Shown here: positions 27,801-39,800 of the stretch, piece after piece
Numbering within the stretch: the first letter of the stretch is position 1
How the letters are laid out: the number at the start of each line of letters is the position of its first letter
From: Oculina patagonica
Taxonomy: Eukaryota
Direction: 5' to 3'
Assembly: GCF_052425735.1 (NCBI RefSeq)
Contig: NC_135770.1
Location: 21,647,813 to 21,702,000, forward strand
DNA length: 54,188 bases
Program-made: the position numbers and the translations under genes
Notes under the pieces: model-generated
The model's input: only the letters and a program-made list of their open reading frames with translations
Told to the model about the DNA's origin: nothing
Database searches by the model: none

Positions 27801-30800
27801 GTGTGAGGAAGGAATCAAAGTGATTGCTATAAAAGAAATCTCAAGTTCCAGCAGTGAAATATGTTGTAGCGAATCTGCAGAATCTGAGTAGGAGATTAAA
27901 AAGATAAATCAGAATTTAATTAGTGGATAAGATTTATTTAAATTTTGCGAGAAATAAATCACCCACAAGAAATACTTCAAGAAATTCTCGGGAGTATTTC
28001 CAAAGAATTCCTGTGAAATTCGGCACACACTTTCACGTTATAATAAAAAGACAACAACTTAGTTGCTCTCCCTCTCCTCTCTCCCTTTCTCTACATTTCT
28101 CTTTTCCCTCTTTATGGTCTGGATTTTTTTGGCAAATTTTGGAAATAATCTGTATTCCAATTTGGTAAAAAAAAAAAAACCCTCAAGATAAAGACATTAA
28201 ACAAAAGATGTGATCAAGAAGACAGGCGGCGTGGCCAAGTGTTTTAGCTTGATAGCGCTGAATTTAAAATCAGTCTCCATCTTGCCATTATCTGAATATT
28301 TCCCTCTGTAGTAACTGATATACTAAAGCTCACATTTTATTCGATGGTTTTACTGATTATACGCGTGGATAGTTAACGAGTTTCGTCGTATTTTTCCGAG
28401 CCCGCAGTGGCAAGGAAAAATGCTCCAAAATGAAGCACGACAGTGTAATACGGAATAGTTATTTAGCAGAGGGCATGTACTAAGTCACGCCATTCAGAAC
28501 GTTCTTGGGCTAATCCAGCAATCTTTTGCCAATCCGACAGAATTTGGCGCTGTTCCCACCATCGGTCGAATAATAATGTTAGTATGTATAAAGCAAAAAT
28601 AAGCCGACATAAATTTTCATTTATACGTTTAATTCAATTCCTGCAGATGTATCGTTATATCTAAGCTTAGAAGATCAACAATATTAAAAAGACATATTTC
28701 AGCATAGCTATAATTCTATGAATTATTAAAACGGAAGTGGTTTCAATAGTGAAACTGATGTATCTGTCACACTGGCGCACCCTTGGAAAAGGGACTTTCC
28801 CTTACAAAACTTTCGAAACTTTTTTTCACTTATGAGATTAATTTACATAATAAAAATATAAAACATGAATATATTATTTTCTCTGCGTGCACATTTTCTC
28901 AACGTTTTTCTCGACGTTTTGCATCTACAAGAAGGCAGCTTGACAAGCAGCTAGAAGAAGATATTCGAAACACGCGTTTTAATAGTAGTCGTGAAGAAAT
29001 TTTAGTCGACAAATGCATGCAAAACAATTTGGCCTCAATTCAAAACAATAACACGAATGCTTAAAATAGAATATGAATGGCATCAAAGAGGCACTAGTCT
29101 TCGCACGATCACAAACAGCGATGGCGGACCTTGCCAGACAGAACGTACTACACGTCCACAAATATGATCTGTTGCAGGAATAAACGGCAAGAAACAGGAA
29201 CGGATCTTACGGACAACTGAACAACCAAACAAACAACCACAAGTTGTTAAAAACAAGGTGTTATCTTCATGTGTACACAATGACAAACCTTCCCCCACAG
29301 TCCGGAGAGCAATATTCATCGAACGAAACGGTTGAAGTTCTTCCAAGAGAGCCTATAAAAGCTGAAGGGCAAGAGTCTCGCAGCCATGTGAACACATTAT
29401 TTACGTTTCTTCTCGACGGTCCAGCCTCAGTTACTGCTGAAGCAAAACTCGACACAGAATCTAACACGCTGAACATCCTTGTCACGAACTGCAATCTCGT
29501 CACAGTTGGACAGTCAAATCCTCAACAACTCAAATATAATTGTTGTTTACAAGAGGAACACAAATGTGTTAGCAACATTGACAATGAGGTTCGGTCAGAC
29601 AGTGCTCCGAAGACTGCAGATTCCGCAGATCGCAGCCTTGGGGGACGTTTAAATCAAGCAGCACAAGACTGCAAACCGGTTGACTCGGATGAGATAGTGG
29701 TGAGCGTCGAGCCATTGTTGCCTTTGATCAAAAAGCAAGGATATCTTAACGGATTACAATGTGAGAGAATCATGGAACAACTTGAGATTTTACAGGACAA
29801 TGGAAAGTTTGCAGAGCATGAAGGTCTTGTCAAGTCATATCTCCATCGTTGTGGGGAAGAAAAGAATTCTGACTTAGAAATGGCATTAAAAATAGAGCGC
29901 GGAGTGGCATTTTCTTATCACAAAGAGTTCAAAAACAGCAAGCGTATGTTCACCTCGGTCATAAAATCAGACAAAGAGCTCAGAAATCCGAATATTTTGG
30001 TTGCAAGAGCGTACTTTTTACTTGTGGCTGACTATAGAAATAAGAAGGTCGTTAAACTCTCTCCGCTCTTTGAATTTCTTAGACGGAGCGAGTTTTTCCT
30101 TCAAAACCACGAGTCGCCAGAGGACTGGGCCGAGTTGTATTACAACTATGGCTCTGTTTGGCGGGTTTACATGAGCATGATCCCGGATGATGAAAGGAAT
30201 GCGCAAGCGCGAAACACTGCCAGAGGAAATGCAAGATACTATTATGAGCAGGCAATTTCTTTCTGCAAGAAAGATCCACGATTGAGAGTTCAGATAAAGA
30301 AACAAACATACATTCATCTTAAACTGGCTGCACTACTACTCGACTGCAGTTCGACAGCCGCCCGAACTCGTCAAAAACTTATTACACCTGTTGACATCAA
30401 AGAGGCAAAAGATCATCTGGATTTTGTACAGTACAAACTTGGCGTTTGTTTGCCGTTAGGCACACGTGTGCAGCTTTTAAAAACTCGCTCGGATCAATTT
30501 TATCGTCAGCAAATATACCAGCTAGCCAAAGAAACAGCCGAAGAAGCGTTACAGATCGCTTTGTCCAACGAATTTTACACCGACATAGACCCCCTACGGG
30601 AAAGAATTGACTTTCTTGACAAACTGTGTGAGGAAAGAATCAGAGTGATTGCTATAAAAGAAATCTCAAGTTCCAGCAGTGAAATATGTTGCAGCGAATC
30701 TGCAGAATCCGAGTAGGAGATCAAAAAAAATAAATCAGAATTTAATTAGTGGATAAGATTTCTTTAAATTTTGCAAGAAATAAATCACCCAGAAGAAATA

Positions 30801-33800
30801 CTTCAAGGAATTCTCGGGAAGTCAAATGAATTATCGAGAATTCTCGTGAAAATTTTCAAAGAATTCCTGTGAAATTCGGCACACACTTTCACGTTATAAT
30901 AAAGAGACAACAACTTAGTTGCCCTCCCTGTCTTCCTTTCCTTTTTGCCCCGTCTCCCTTAAGTACCCTTTCTCTACATTTCTCTTTCCCCTCTTTACGG
31001 TCCGGATTTTTTGGTAAATTTTGAAAATAATGCGTATCCCAATTTGATAAAAAAAATCCCTTAAGATAGCGACATTAAACAAAAGATGTGATCCAAGTAG
31101 AGAGGCGGCGTGGCCTAGTGTTTCAGCTTGATGGCACTGAATATAAACTCTGTGGGTCCCTTGTTCATAGTCTCCATGCTGCCATTATCTGAATATTTCC
31201 CTCCTCAGTAACTGAAATACTTACAGCTTATTCGATGGTTTAACAGATAATACGCTTGGATATTTTACGAGATGAGAAATATTTTTCCGAGCCCGCAGGG
31301 GCAAGGGAAAATGCTCCAAAATGGGGCACTACAGTGTATTAATACGGAATGCTGTCTTAGCCACGTAGATCCTTGAAGAAGCAGAGGGCATGCACAAAGT
31401 CACGCCATTCAGTGATCTCGGGCTGATCTAGCAATCCTTTGCCATCCAACCGAATTTGGCGCAGTTCCCACCATCAGTCAAATAATAATGTTACAAGTAT
31501 GTGTAAAGCGAAACTAATAAGCCGGCATAAAGTTTCATTTATGTTTAATTCAATTCCTGCAGCTGTGTCGTTCAGCTTCTCTTAAATAAAAGGCAAAGAT
31601 CAAACCCAATAAAAAGACATATTTCAGTATAACTTTTATTCTGTGACTTATTTATCATTCTTCAACAGTTTGAAACAATGCAAACGGAAGTGGCTTGCAG
31701 AAGTGAAACTGATGTATCCGTCGCTCTAGCGCACCCCTGTAGTAGGGACTTCCCCTTACAAAACTTTCAAAACATTTTTCATACAGATATTATTATAAAA
31801 CATGAATATCTTATTTTCGCTGCGTGCAAGGTTTCTCGAATGTTCTCTAGATAGCCATGTTTTGCTTCTACTAGGAAAGAAGCTCTGTGTACAGCGAATA
31901 CCGAAGAAATTCGAAACACACGTTTTAGAAGTCGTGAGAGATTTTTCGGCGACGAAATGTATGCAAAACACTTTGGCTTCAATTCAAAACAATTACAGGG
32001 CGCCAAATAGAACACTGTCCTACTGAATCCATTAAGTTGACACAATGAGGAATAGTTCTGAACAGCGAGGCGAAGCTCCAAGACGAGCGAAACGAAGATT
32101 CATCCGTACGCGGAACTGAAGTATCTTTAAAGCAACCCATGCCTGAAGGGCAACCAGGTGGTTTCAACGGCGTGTTATTCAAGCTTTCTCCAGACGAATC
32201 GAACTCGATAATCGCGGAAGCAAACCTTGACGCACAAACAAAGACGTTGAACATAATTCTCAGGGAATGGAACGCCGTTTTAGTCGGCAACTCAAAAGCC
32301 GGACAAGTTGAGAATAATTGTCATTTGGATAACAAACAAAGTCCACAGCAAAAACTACAAAAACGTTCCTTCGAAGATGACCTTCAGGCTGACAGCGGTA
32401 CAAAAGAACAGTATTGCAGTGAACAACAAAAGACAATAATAAAAGAAGACGAATACCAACTGCAGCCTTTTAATGAGGCAAACACGCTCTGCAAACAGGC
32501 TCCGCCGCTTGAAGTTGTCGTGGATGTCGAGCCACAGTTACCTTTGATCAAAATACAAGGATATCTAAACGGACCACAATGCGAGGAAATCATGGAACAG
32601 CTTCAAGGTCTACAAGACGATGGAGAGTTTGAAAAACATGAATGTTTGGTTACTTCGTACCTAGACACTTTTGCTTTCAAAAACAATACTGACATGGCAT
32701 TAGCCTTGAAAATTGAGCTCGGAGTCGCTTGTTCATACCACAAAGATTTCAAACACAGCAAACGCCTTTTTACATCAGTAATAAACTATGATCGCATTTC
32801 TCAGCTAAGAAATGCAAACATTTTACTAGCCAGAGCCTACTATCGACTCGTACAAGACTTTAGATATCGAAAAAATAGGAAACTGTCCTCTCTTTTTCAC
32901 TGCATGGAAAAAAGTGAGTTTTTACTGCAAAACCACGACTCGCCGGAGGACTGGGCCGAGGTGTATTACAACTATGGCTCACTTTGGTTAGCGTATATGA
33001 GCATCATTCCGGATGACGAGAGAAATGCGCAGGCGCGAGACGACGCCAGGAGAAAGGCGAAAAATTACTTCGAAATGTCAATTGAATCCTGTAAAAAAGA
33101 TCCTCGATTGAGAGTGCAGATTAAAAAACAGATATACGGTCACCTTCGAGTCGCTGCGGTGTTACTTGACTGCACCTCAACTGTCGCCCGAATTCGAAGA
33201 AAAGTCATTTCCCAACAAGATATTGAAGATGCGAGAAAACACCTTAATATTTTGGAGCACCAACTTAGCAGCAACATTCCTCGAGGTACACGCGTGCAGA
33301 TTTTAAAAATGCGTTCTGATCAATACTATCGCCAAGGACCAGCAATGTATCAACTGGCCAAAGAAACTGCTCAGGAAGCTTTTAGAATTGCACTATGTCA
33401 TGGATTTAACACTGAACTGGAATCGCTTCAAGAGCGAATTGATTTTCTCGATCAGTTGTGCGAAGAAGCAGTGTGCAAAGAAAGGATAACGGTGCTCGTT
33501 GATAGTGATAGTGAAACTTCTGGTAACGACGCCAGCTGTGAAACAAGCGGCAGTGAAAACTGAAAAAAAAAATGTAAAAAAAGCCAGACCCCAGTTGCTA
33601 AAGAGACTTCAAACTGTCCATAAACATAAACTACAGTTGAACCTCGCTAATTCGAACTCGGTTATTTCGAATTCCCCGTTAATTCGAACTAAAACCCGTT
33701 TCCCTTGGATTTGCCCTTCAGTCATTTACTATCGGCTATTTCGAACTCCCGCTATTTCGAACTATTTCGAACTCCCGCTATTTCGAACTATTTTTTGTTT

Positions 33801-36800
33801 CCCCTGACGGTTCGAAATAGCGGGGTTCAACTGTAATTCTATACTATTACAATTTAATGTAAGCTGGAAAGGGAATAATAAAATTACAATTCCAAGAATC
33901 GAAAGTGTTCTGCAAAAAAAATTTGAATGGTATTCATAATTCGTTAAGGGACTTTCCCTTTTACCAACTGAAGTTATTACAGTTTTATTCTTAATATTTA
34001 ATGCCTCGGATAGCAATATATTCTCCAAGATTTCTCACAACTGGTTTGATTGCGTCTTCGGCGTCGCTTTCGTTTATGCTGTTTTTTTACATGTTCACTA
34101 TGAATTACTTTTGCCAGGCTGAGTTTGTCACTTTTTGATGTGTAGGCGAGTCTCTTTTTACAATTGTTTTACTAGCATAATCGCTTCAGTCTCTTATCCA
34201 GCTTTCCTTGGAAAGTTGCGCCAAACGTGTTTCAAAACAATTTTTGTGTGACGCGGGTGAGGTTGAATTTCGTAATCCAGATCTCTAAATGAAACATCAC
34301 AGGAATTCAACAACTGAGTTCTAAATACATACACTAATGCCCTTGGCTACAACCTTTTTTTTCTTTAATCAGTCAATGAGCTTAAATTATTTTGTAGGTC
34401 TAGAGGCGACCCTTTCCAAATATTGGAAGATCATAAAAAACACAACCACAATTTCTTTTCCCAAGAATCGGGAAACAAGATGCAAAAAGATGCTATAAAT
34501 ATGTTAAAAGCTGATGTTGCAACATAATTTTAAGAAAGGTCTTATTTCATTTTCTTTTTTTATGTATCAGTCAATTCCAAGCGAGATCACCCCCCCCCCC
34601 CCCCCAACCCCCTGGCATTTGACCGCTACTGAAGCCCAGATAGTAAGGAATTTGATCGAACAGAAGCCCGGATGGTCGGGCATTTGACCGAATGACCGAC
34701 ATTGACAATGAGGTTCGGTCAGACAGTGCTCCGAAGACTGCAGATTCCGCAGATCGCAGCCTTGGGGGACGTTTAAATCAAGCAGCACAAGACTGCAAAC
34801 CGGTTGACTCGGATGAGATAGTGGTGAGCGTCGAGCCATTGTTGCCTTTGATCAAAAAGCAAGGATATCTTAACGGATTACAATGTGAGAGAATCATGGA
34901 ACAACTTGAGATTTTACAGGACAATGGAAAGTTTGCAGAGCATGAAGGTCTTGTCAGGTCATATCTCCATCGTTGTGGGGAAGAAAAGAATTTTGACTTA
35001 GAAATGGCATTAAAAATAGAGCGCGGAGTGGCATTTTCTTATCACAAAGAGTTCAAAAACAGCAAGCGTATGTTCACCTCGGTCATAAAATCAGACAAAG
35101 AGCTCAGAAATCCGAATATTTTGGTTGCAAGAGCGTACTTTTTACTTGTGGCTGACTATAGAAATAAGAAGGTCGTTAAACTCTCTCCGCTCTTTGAATT
35201 TCTTAGACGGAGCGAGTTTTTCCTTCAAAACCACGAGTCGCCAGAGGACTGGGCCGAGTTGTATTACAACTATGGCTCTGTTTGGCGGGTTTACATGAGC
35301 GTGATCCCGGATGATGAAAGGAATGCGCAAGCGCGAAACACTGCCAGGGGAAATGCAAGATACTATTATGAGCAGGCAATTTCTTTCTGCAAGAAAGATC
35401 CACGATTGAGAGTTCAGATAAAGAAACAAACATACATTCATCTTAAACTGGCTGCACTACTACTCGACTGCAGTTCGACAGCCGCCCGAACTCGTCAAAA
35501 ACTTATTACACCTGTTGACATCAAGGAGGCTAAAGAACATCTGGATTTCGTACAGTACAAACTTGGCGTTTGTTTGCCGTTAGGCACACGTGTGCAGCTT
35601 TTAAAAACTCGCTCGGATCAATTTTATCGTCAGCAAATATACCAACTAGCCAAAGAAACAGCCGAAGAAGCGTTACAGATTGCTTTGTCCAACGAATTTT
35701 ACACCGACATAGACCCCCTACGGGAAAGAATTGATTTTCTTGACAAACTGTGTGAGAAAAGAATCAAAGTGATTGCTATAAAAGAAATCTCAAGTTCCAG
35801 CAGTGAAATATGTTGCAGCGAATCTGCAGAATCCGAGTAGGAGATCAAAAAAGATAAATCAGAATTTAATTAGTGGATAAGATTTATTTAAATTTTGCAA
35901 GAAATAAATCACCCAGAAGAAATACTTCAAGGAATTCTCGGGAAGTCAAATGAATTATCGAGAATTCTCGTGAAAATTTTCAAAGAATTCCTGTGAAATT
36001 CGGCACACACTTTCACGTTATAATAAAGAGACAACAACTTAGTTGCCCTCCCTGTCTTCCTTTCCTTTTTGCCCCGTCTCCCTTAAGTACCCTTTCTCTA
36101 CATTTCTCTTTCCCCTCTTTACGGTCCGGATTTTTTGGTAAATTTTGAAAATAATGCGTATCCCAATTTGATAAAAAAAATCCCTTAAGATAGCGACATT
36201 AAACAAAAGATGTGATCCAAGTAGAGAGGCGGCGTGGCCTAGTGTTTCAGCTTGATGGCACTGAATATAAACTCTGTGGGTCCCTTGTTCATAGTCTCCA
36301 TGCTGCCATTATCTGAATATTTCCCTCCTCAGTAACTGAAATACTTACAGCTTATTCGATGGTTTAACAGATAATACGCTTGGATATTTTACGAGATGAG
36401 AAATATTTTTCCGAGCCCGCAGGGGCAAGGGAAAATGCTCCAAAATGGGGCACTACAGTGTATTAATACGGAATGCTGTCTTAGCCACGTAGATCCTTGA
36501 AGAAGCAGAGGGCATGCACAAAGTCACGCCATTCAGTGATCTCGGGCTGATCTAGCAATCCTTTGCCATCCAACCGAATTTGGCGCAGTTCCCACCATCA
36601 GTCAAATAATAATGTTACAAGTATGTGTAAAGCGAAACTAATAAGCCGGCATAAAGTTTCATTTATGTTTAATTCAATTCCTGCAGCTGTGTCGTTCAGC
36701 TTCTCTTAAATAAAAGGCAAAGATCAACAACAATAAAAAGACATATTTCAGTATAACTTTTATTCTGTGACTTATTTATCATTCTTCAACAGTTTGAAAC

Positions 36801-39800
36801 AATGCAAACGGAAGTGGCTTGCAGAAGTGAAACTGATGTATCCGTCGCTCTAGCGCACCCCTGTAGTAGGGACTTCCCCTTACAAAACTTTCAAAACATT
36901 TTTCATACAGATATTATTATAAAACATGAATATCTTATTTTCGCTGCGTGCAAGGTTTCTCGAATGTTCTCTAGATAGCCATGTTTTGCTTCTACTAGGA
37001 AAGAAGCTCTGTGTACAGCGAATACCGAAGAAATTCGAAACACACGTTTTAGAAGTCGTGAGAGATTTTTCGGCGACGAAATGTATGCAAAACACTTTGG
37101 CTTCAATTCAAAACAATTACACGGGCGCCTAAAATAGAACACTGTCCTACTGAATCCAGTAAGTTGACATCAATGAGGCATTATAGTTCGCATGAACAGC
37201 GATGGCGAAGCTTCCAAGACCGAGCGAAACGAAGATTTCATCCGTACGCGGAACTGAAGTATCTTTAAAGCAACCCATGCCTGAAGGGCAACCATGTGGT
37301 TTCAACGGCGTGTTATTCAAGCTTTCTCCAGACGAATCGAACTCGATAATCGCGGAAGCAAACCTTGACGCACAAACAAAGACGTTGAACATAATTCTCA
37401 GGGAATGGAACGCCGTTTTAGTCGGCAACTCAAAAGCCGAACAAGTTAAGAATAATTGTCATTTGGATAACAAACAAAGTCCACAGCAAAAACTACAAAA
37501 ACGTTCCTTCGAAGATGACCTTCAGGCTGACAGCGGTCCAAAAGAACAGTATTGCATTGAACAACAAAAGACAATAATAAAAGAAGACGAATACCAACTG
37601 CAGCCTTTAAATGAGGCAAACACGCTCTGCAAACAGGCTCCGCCGAGTGAAGTTGTCGTGGATGTCGAGCCACAGTTACCTTTGATCAAAATACAAGGAT
37701 ATCTTAACGGACCGGAATGCGAGCACATCATGGAACAACTTCAAAGTCTACTAGACGATGGAGAGTTTGAAAAACATGAATGTTTGGTTACTTCGTACCT
37801 AAACACTTTTGTTTTCAAAAACAATACTGACATGGCATTAGCCTTGAAAATTGAGCGCGGAGTCGCTTGTTCATACCACAAAGATTTCAAACACAGCAAA
37901 CGCCTTTTTACATCAGTAATAAACTATGATAGCATTTCTCAGCTAAGAAATGCAAACATATTACTAGCCAGAGCCTACTATCGACTCGTACAAGACTTTA
38001 GATATCGAAAAAATAGGAAACTGTCCGCTCTTTTTCACTGCATGGAAAAAAGTGAGTTTTTACTGCAAAACCACGACTCGCCGGAGGACTGGGCCGAGGT
38101 GTATTACAACTATGGCTCACTTTGGTTAGCGTATATGAGCATCATCCCGGATGATGAAAGAAATGCGCAGGCGCGAGACGACGCCAGGAGAAAGGCGAGA
38201 TATTACTTCGAAATGACAATTGAATCCTGCAAGAAAGATCCCCGATTGAGAGTGCAGATAAAATTACAGACTTTTGGTCACCTACGAGTGGCCGCTGTGT
38301 TACTTGACTGCACCTCAACTGTCGCCCGAATTCGAAGAAAACTGATTCCCCAACAAGATATTGAAGATGCGAGAAGGCATCTAGATATTTTGGAGCACCA
38401 TCTAAGCAGCAACATTCCTCGAGGTACACGCGTACAGATTTTGAAAGCGCGTTCTGATCAATACTATCGCCAAGGACCAGGCATGTATCAACTGGCCAAA
38501 GAAACTGCTCAGGAAGCTTTGAGAATTGCACGTTGCCGTGGATTTAACACTGAACTGGAATCGCTTCAAGAGCGAATCGATTTTCTCGATCAGTTGTGCG
38601 AAGAAGCAGTGTGCAAAGAAAGAATTACATTGCTTGTTGATAGTGAAACTTCTGGTAACGACGCCAGCTGCGAAACAAGCGGCAGTGAAACTGAAAAGAA
38701 ATAAAAATGCCACACTCCAGGGTTTTTTTTATACCATCAATGAAAGTAACAGTTTGCTAAAGAGACTTCAAAGTGTCCAAAAACATTCAATAATTCTATA
38801 CTATTACCATTTAATGTTAGCTGGAAAGGACAATAATTTAATCACAATTCATAATTAATTTAGGGACTTTCCCTGTAACCCAAGTCAGTCACGGCTGGCT
38901 GAAAATATTCAAACAAATAAAGTTTTTGAATATGATTCATAATTAATTCAGGGCTTTCTCTTTTACCCAAGTCAGTCACCGCTGGCTATTTTGTTGAACC
39001 TTTTTTGAAATATTCAAACAAATAAAGTTTTTGAATATGATTCATAATTAATTCAGGGCTTTCTCTTTTACCCAAGTCAGTCACCGCTGGCTATTTTGTT
39101 GAACCTTTTTTGAAATATTCAAACAAATAAAGTTTTTGAATATGATTCATAATTAATTCAGGGACTTTCTCTTTTACCCAAGTCAGTCACGGCTGGCTAT
39201 TTTGTTGATCCTTTATTCATTTATTCAAGAAAATGTCAAAACATAATATCATACTTCCCACCCCTTGCCTCCAGCTTTCCCTGCCCCCCACCCCCCTATC
39301 ACCCCACCCTACCGAACACACTCCCCTAATTTCCAATTACTACTAGTTCTATGACTTATTTATTCCGAAAGTGGTTTTAAGTGGTGAAACTGATGTATCT
39401 GTCACACTGGCGCACACTTGGAAAAGGGACTTTCCCTTACAAAACTTTCGAAACCTTTTTTCACTTATGAGATTAATTTGCATTATACAGATATAAAACA
39501 TGAATATATTATTTTCTCTGCATGCACATTTTCTCAATTAAGTTTTCTCTGGATAGCGACGTTTTGCTTCTACTAAAAAAGCAGTTCTGCGTACGGCGAA
39601 AAAGAAATTGGATTAAGAAATTAAACCCACGTTTTAGAAGTCGTGAAGGATTTTTCGTCGACAAATGTATGCAAAACACTTTGGCTTCAATTCAAAACAA
39701 TTACACGGACACTTAAAATAGAATACTGTACGATCGAATTGAGTTAGTTGACATCAAAGAGGCATAAGTCTTCGCACGAACAGCGATGGAAAACCTCCCA

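Larger units (their letters stand above)
29575..38500 (+). repeat. Near-identical tandem segmental duplication, unit ~5.12 kb (type A gene + spacer + type B gene)
   Basis: Sequence from 29575 onward matches sequence from 34699 onward at offset 5124 (stop codons at 30716 and 35840; spacers almost identical). Confidence 0.9.

Noticed and set aside
38848-39225. CRISPR-like array
   Set aside because: The units are contiguous repeats without unique spacers; eukaryotic context and no cas genes
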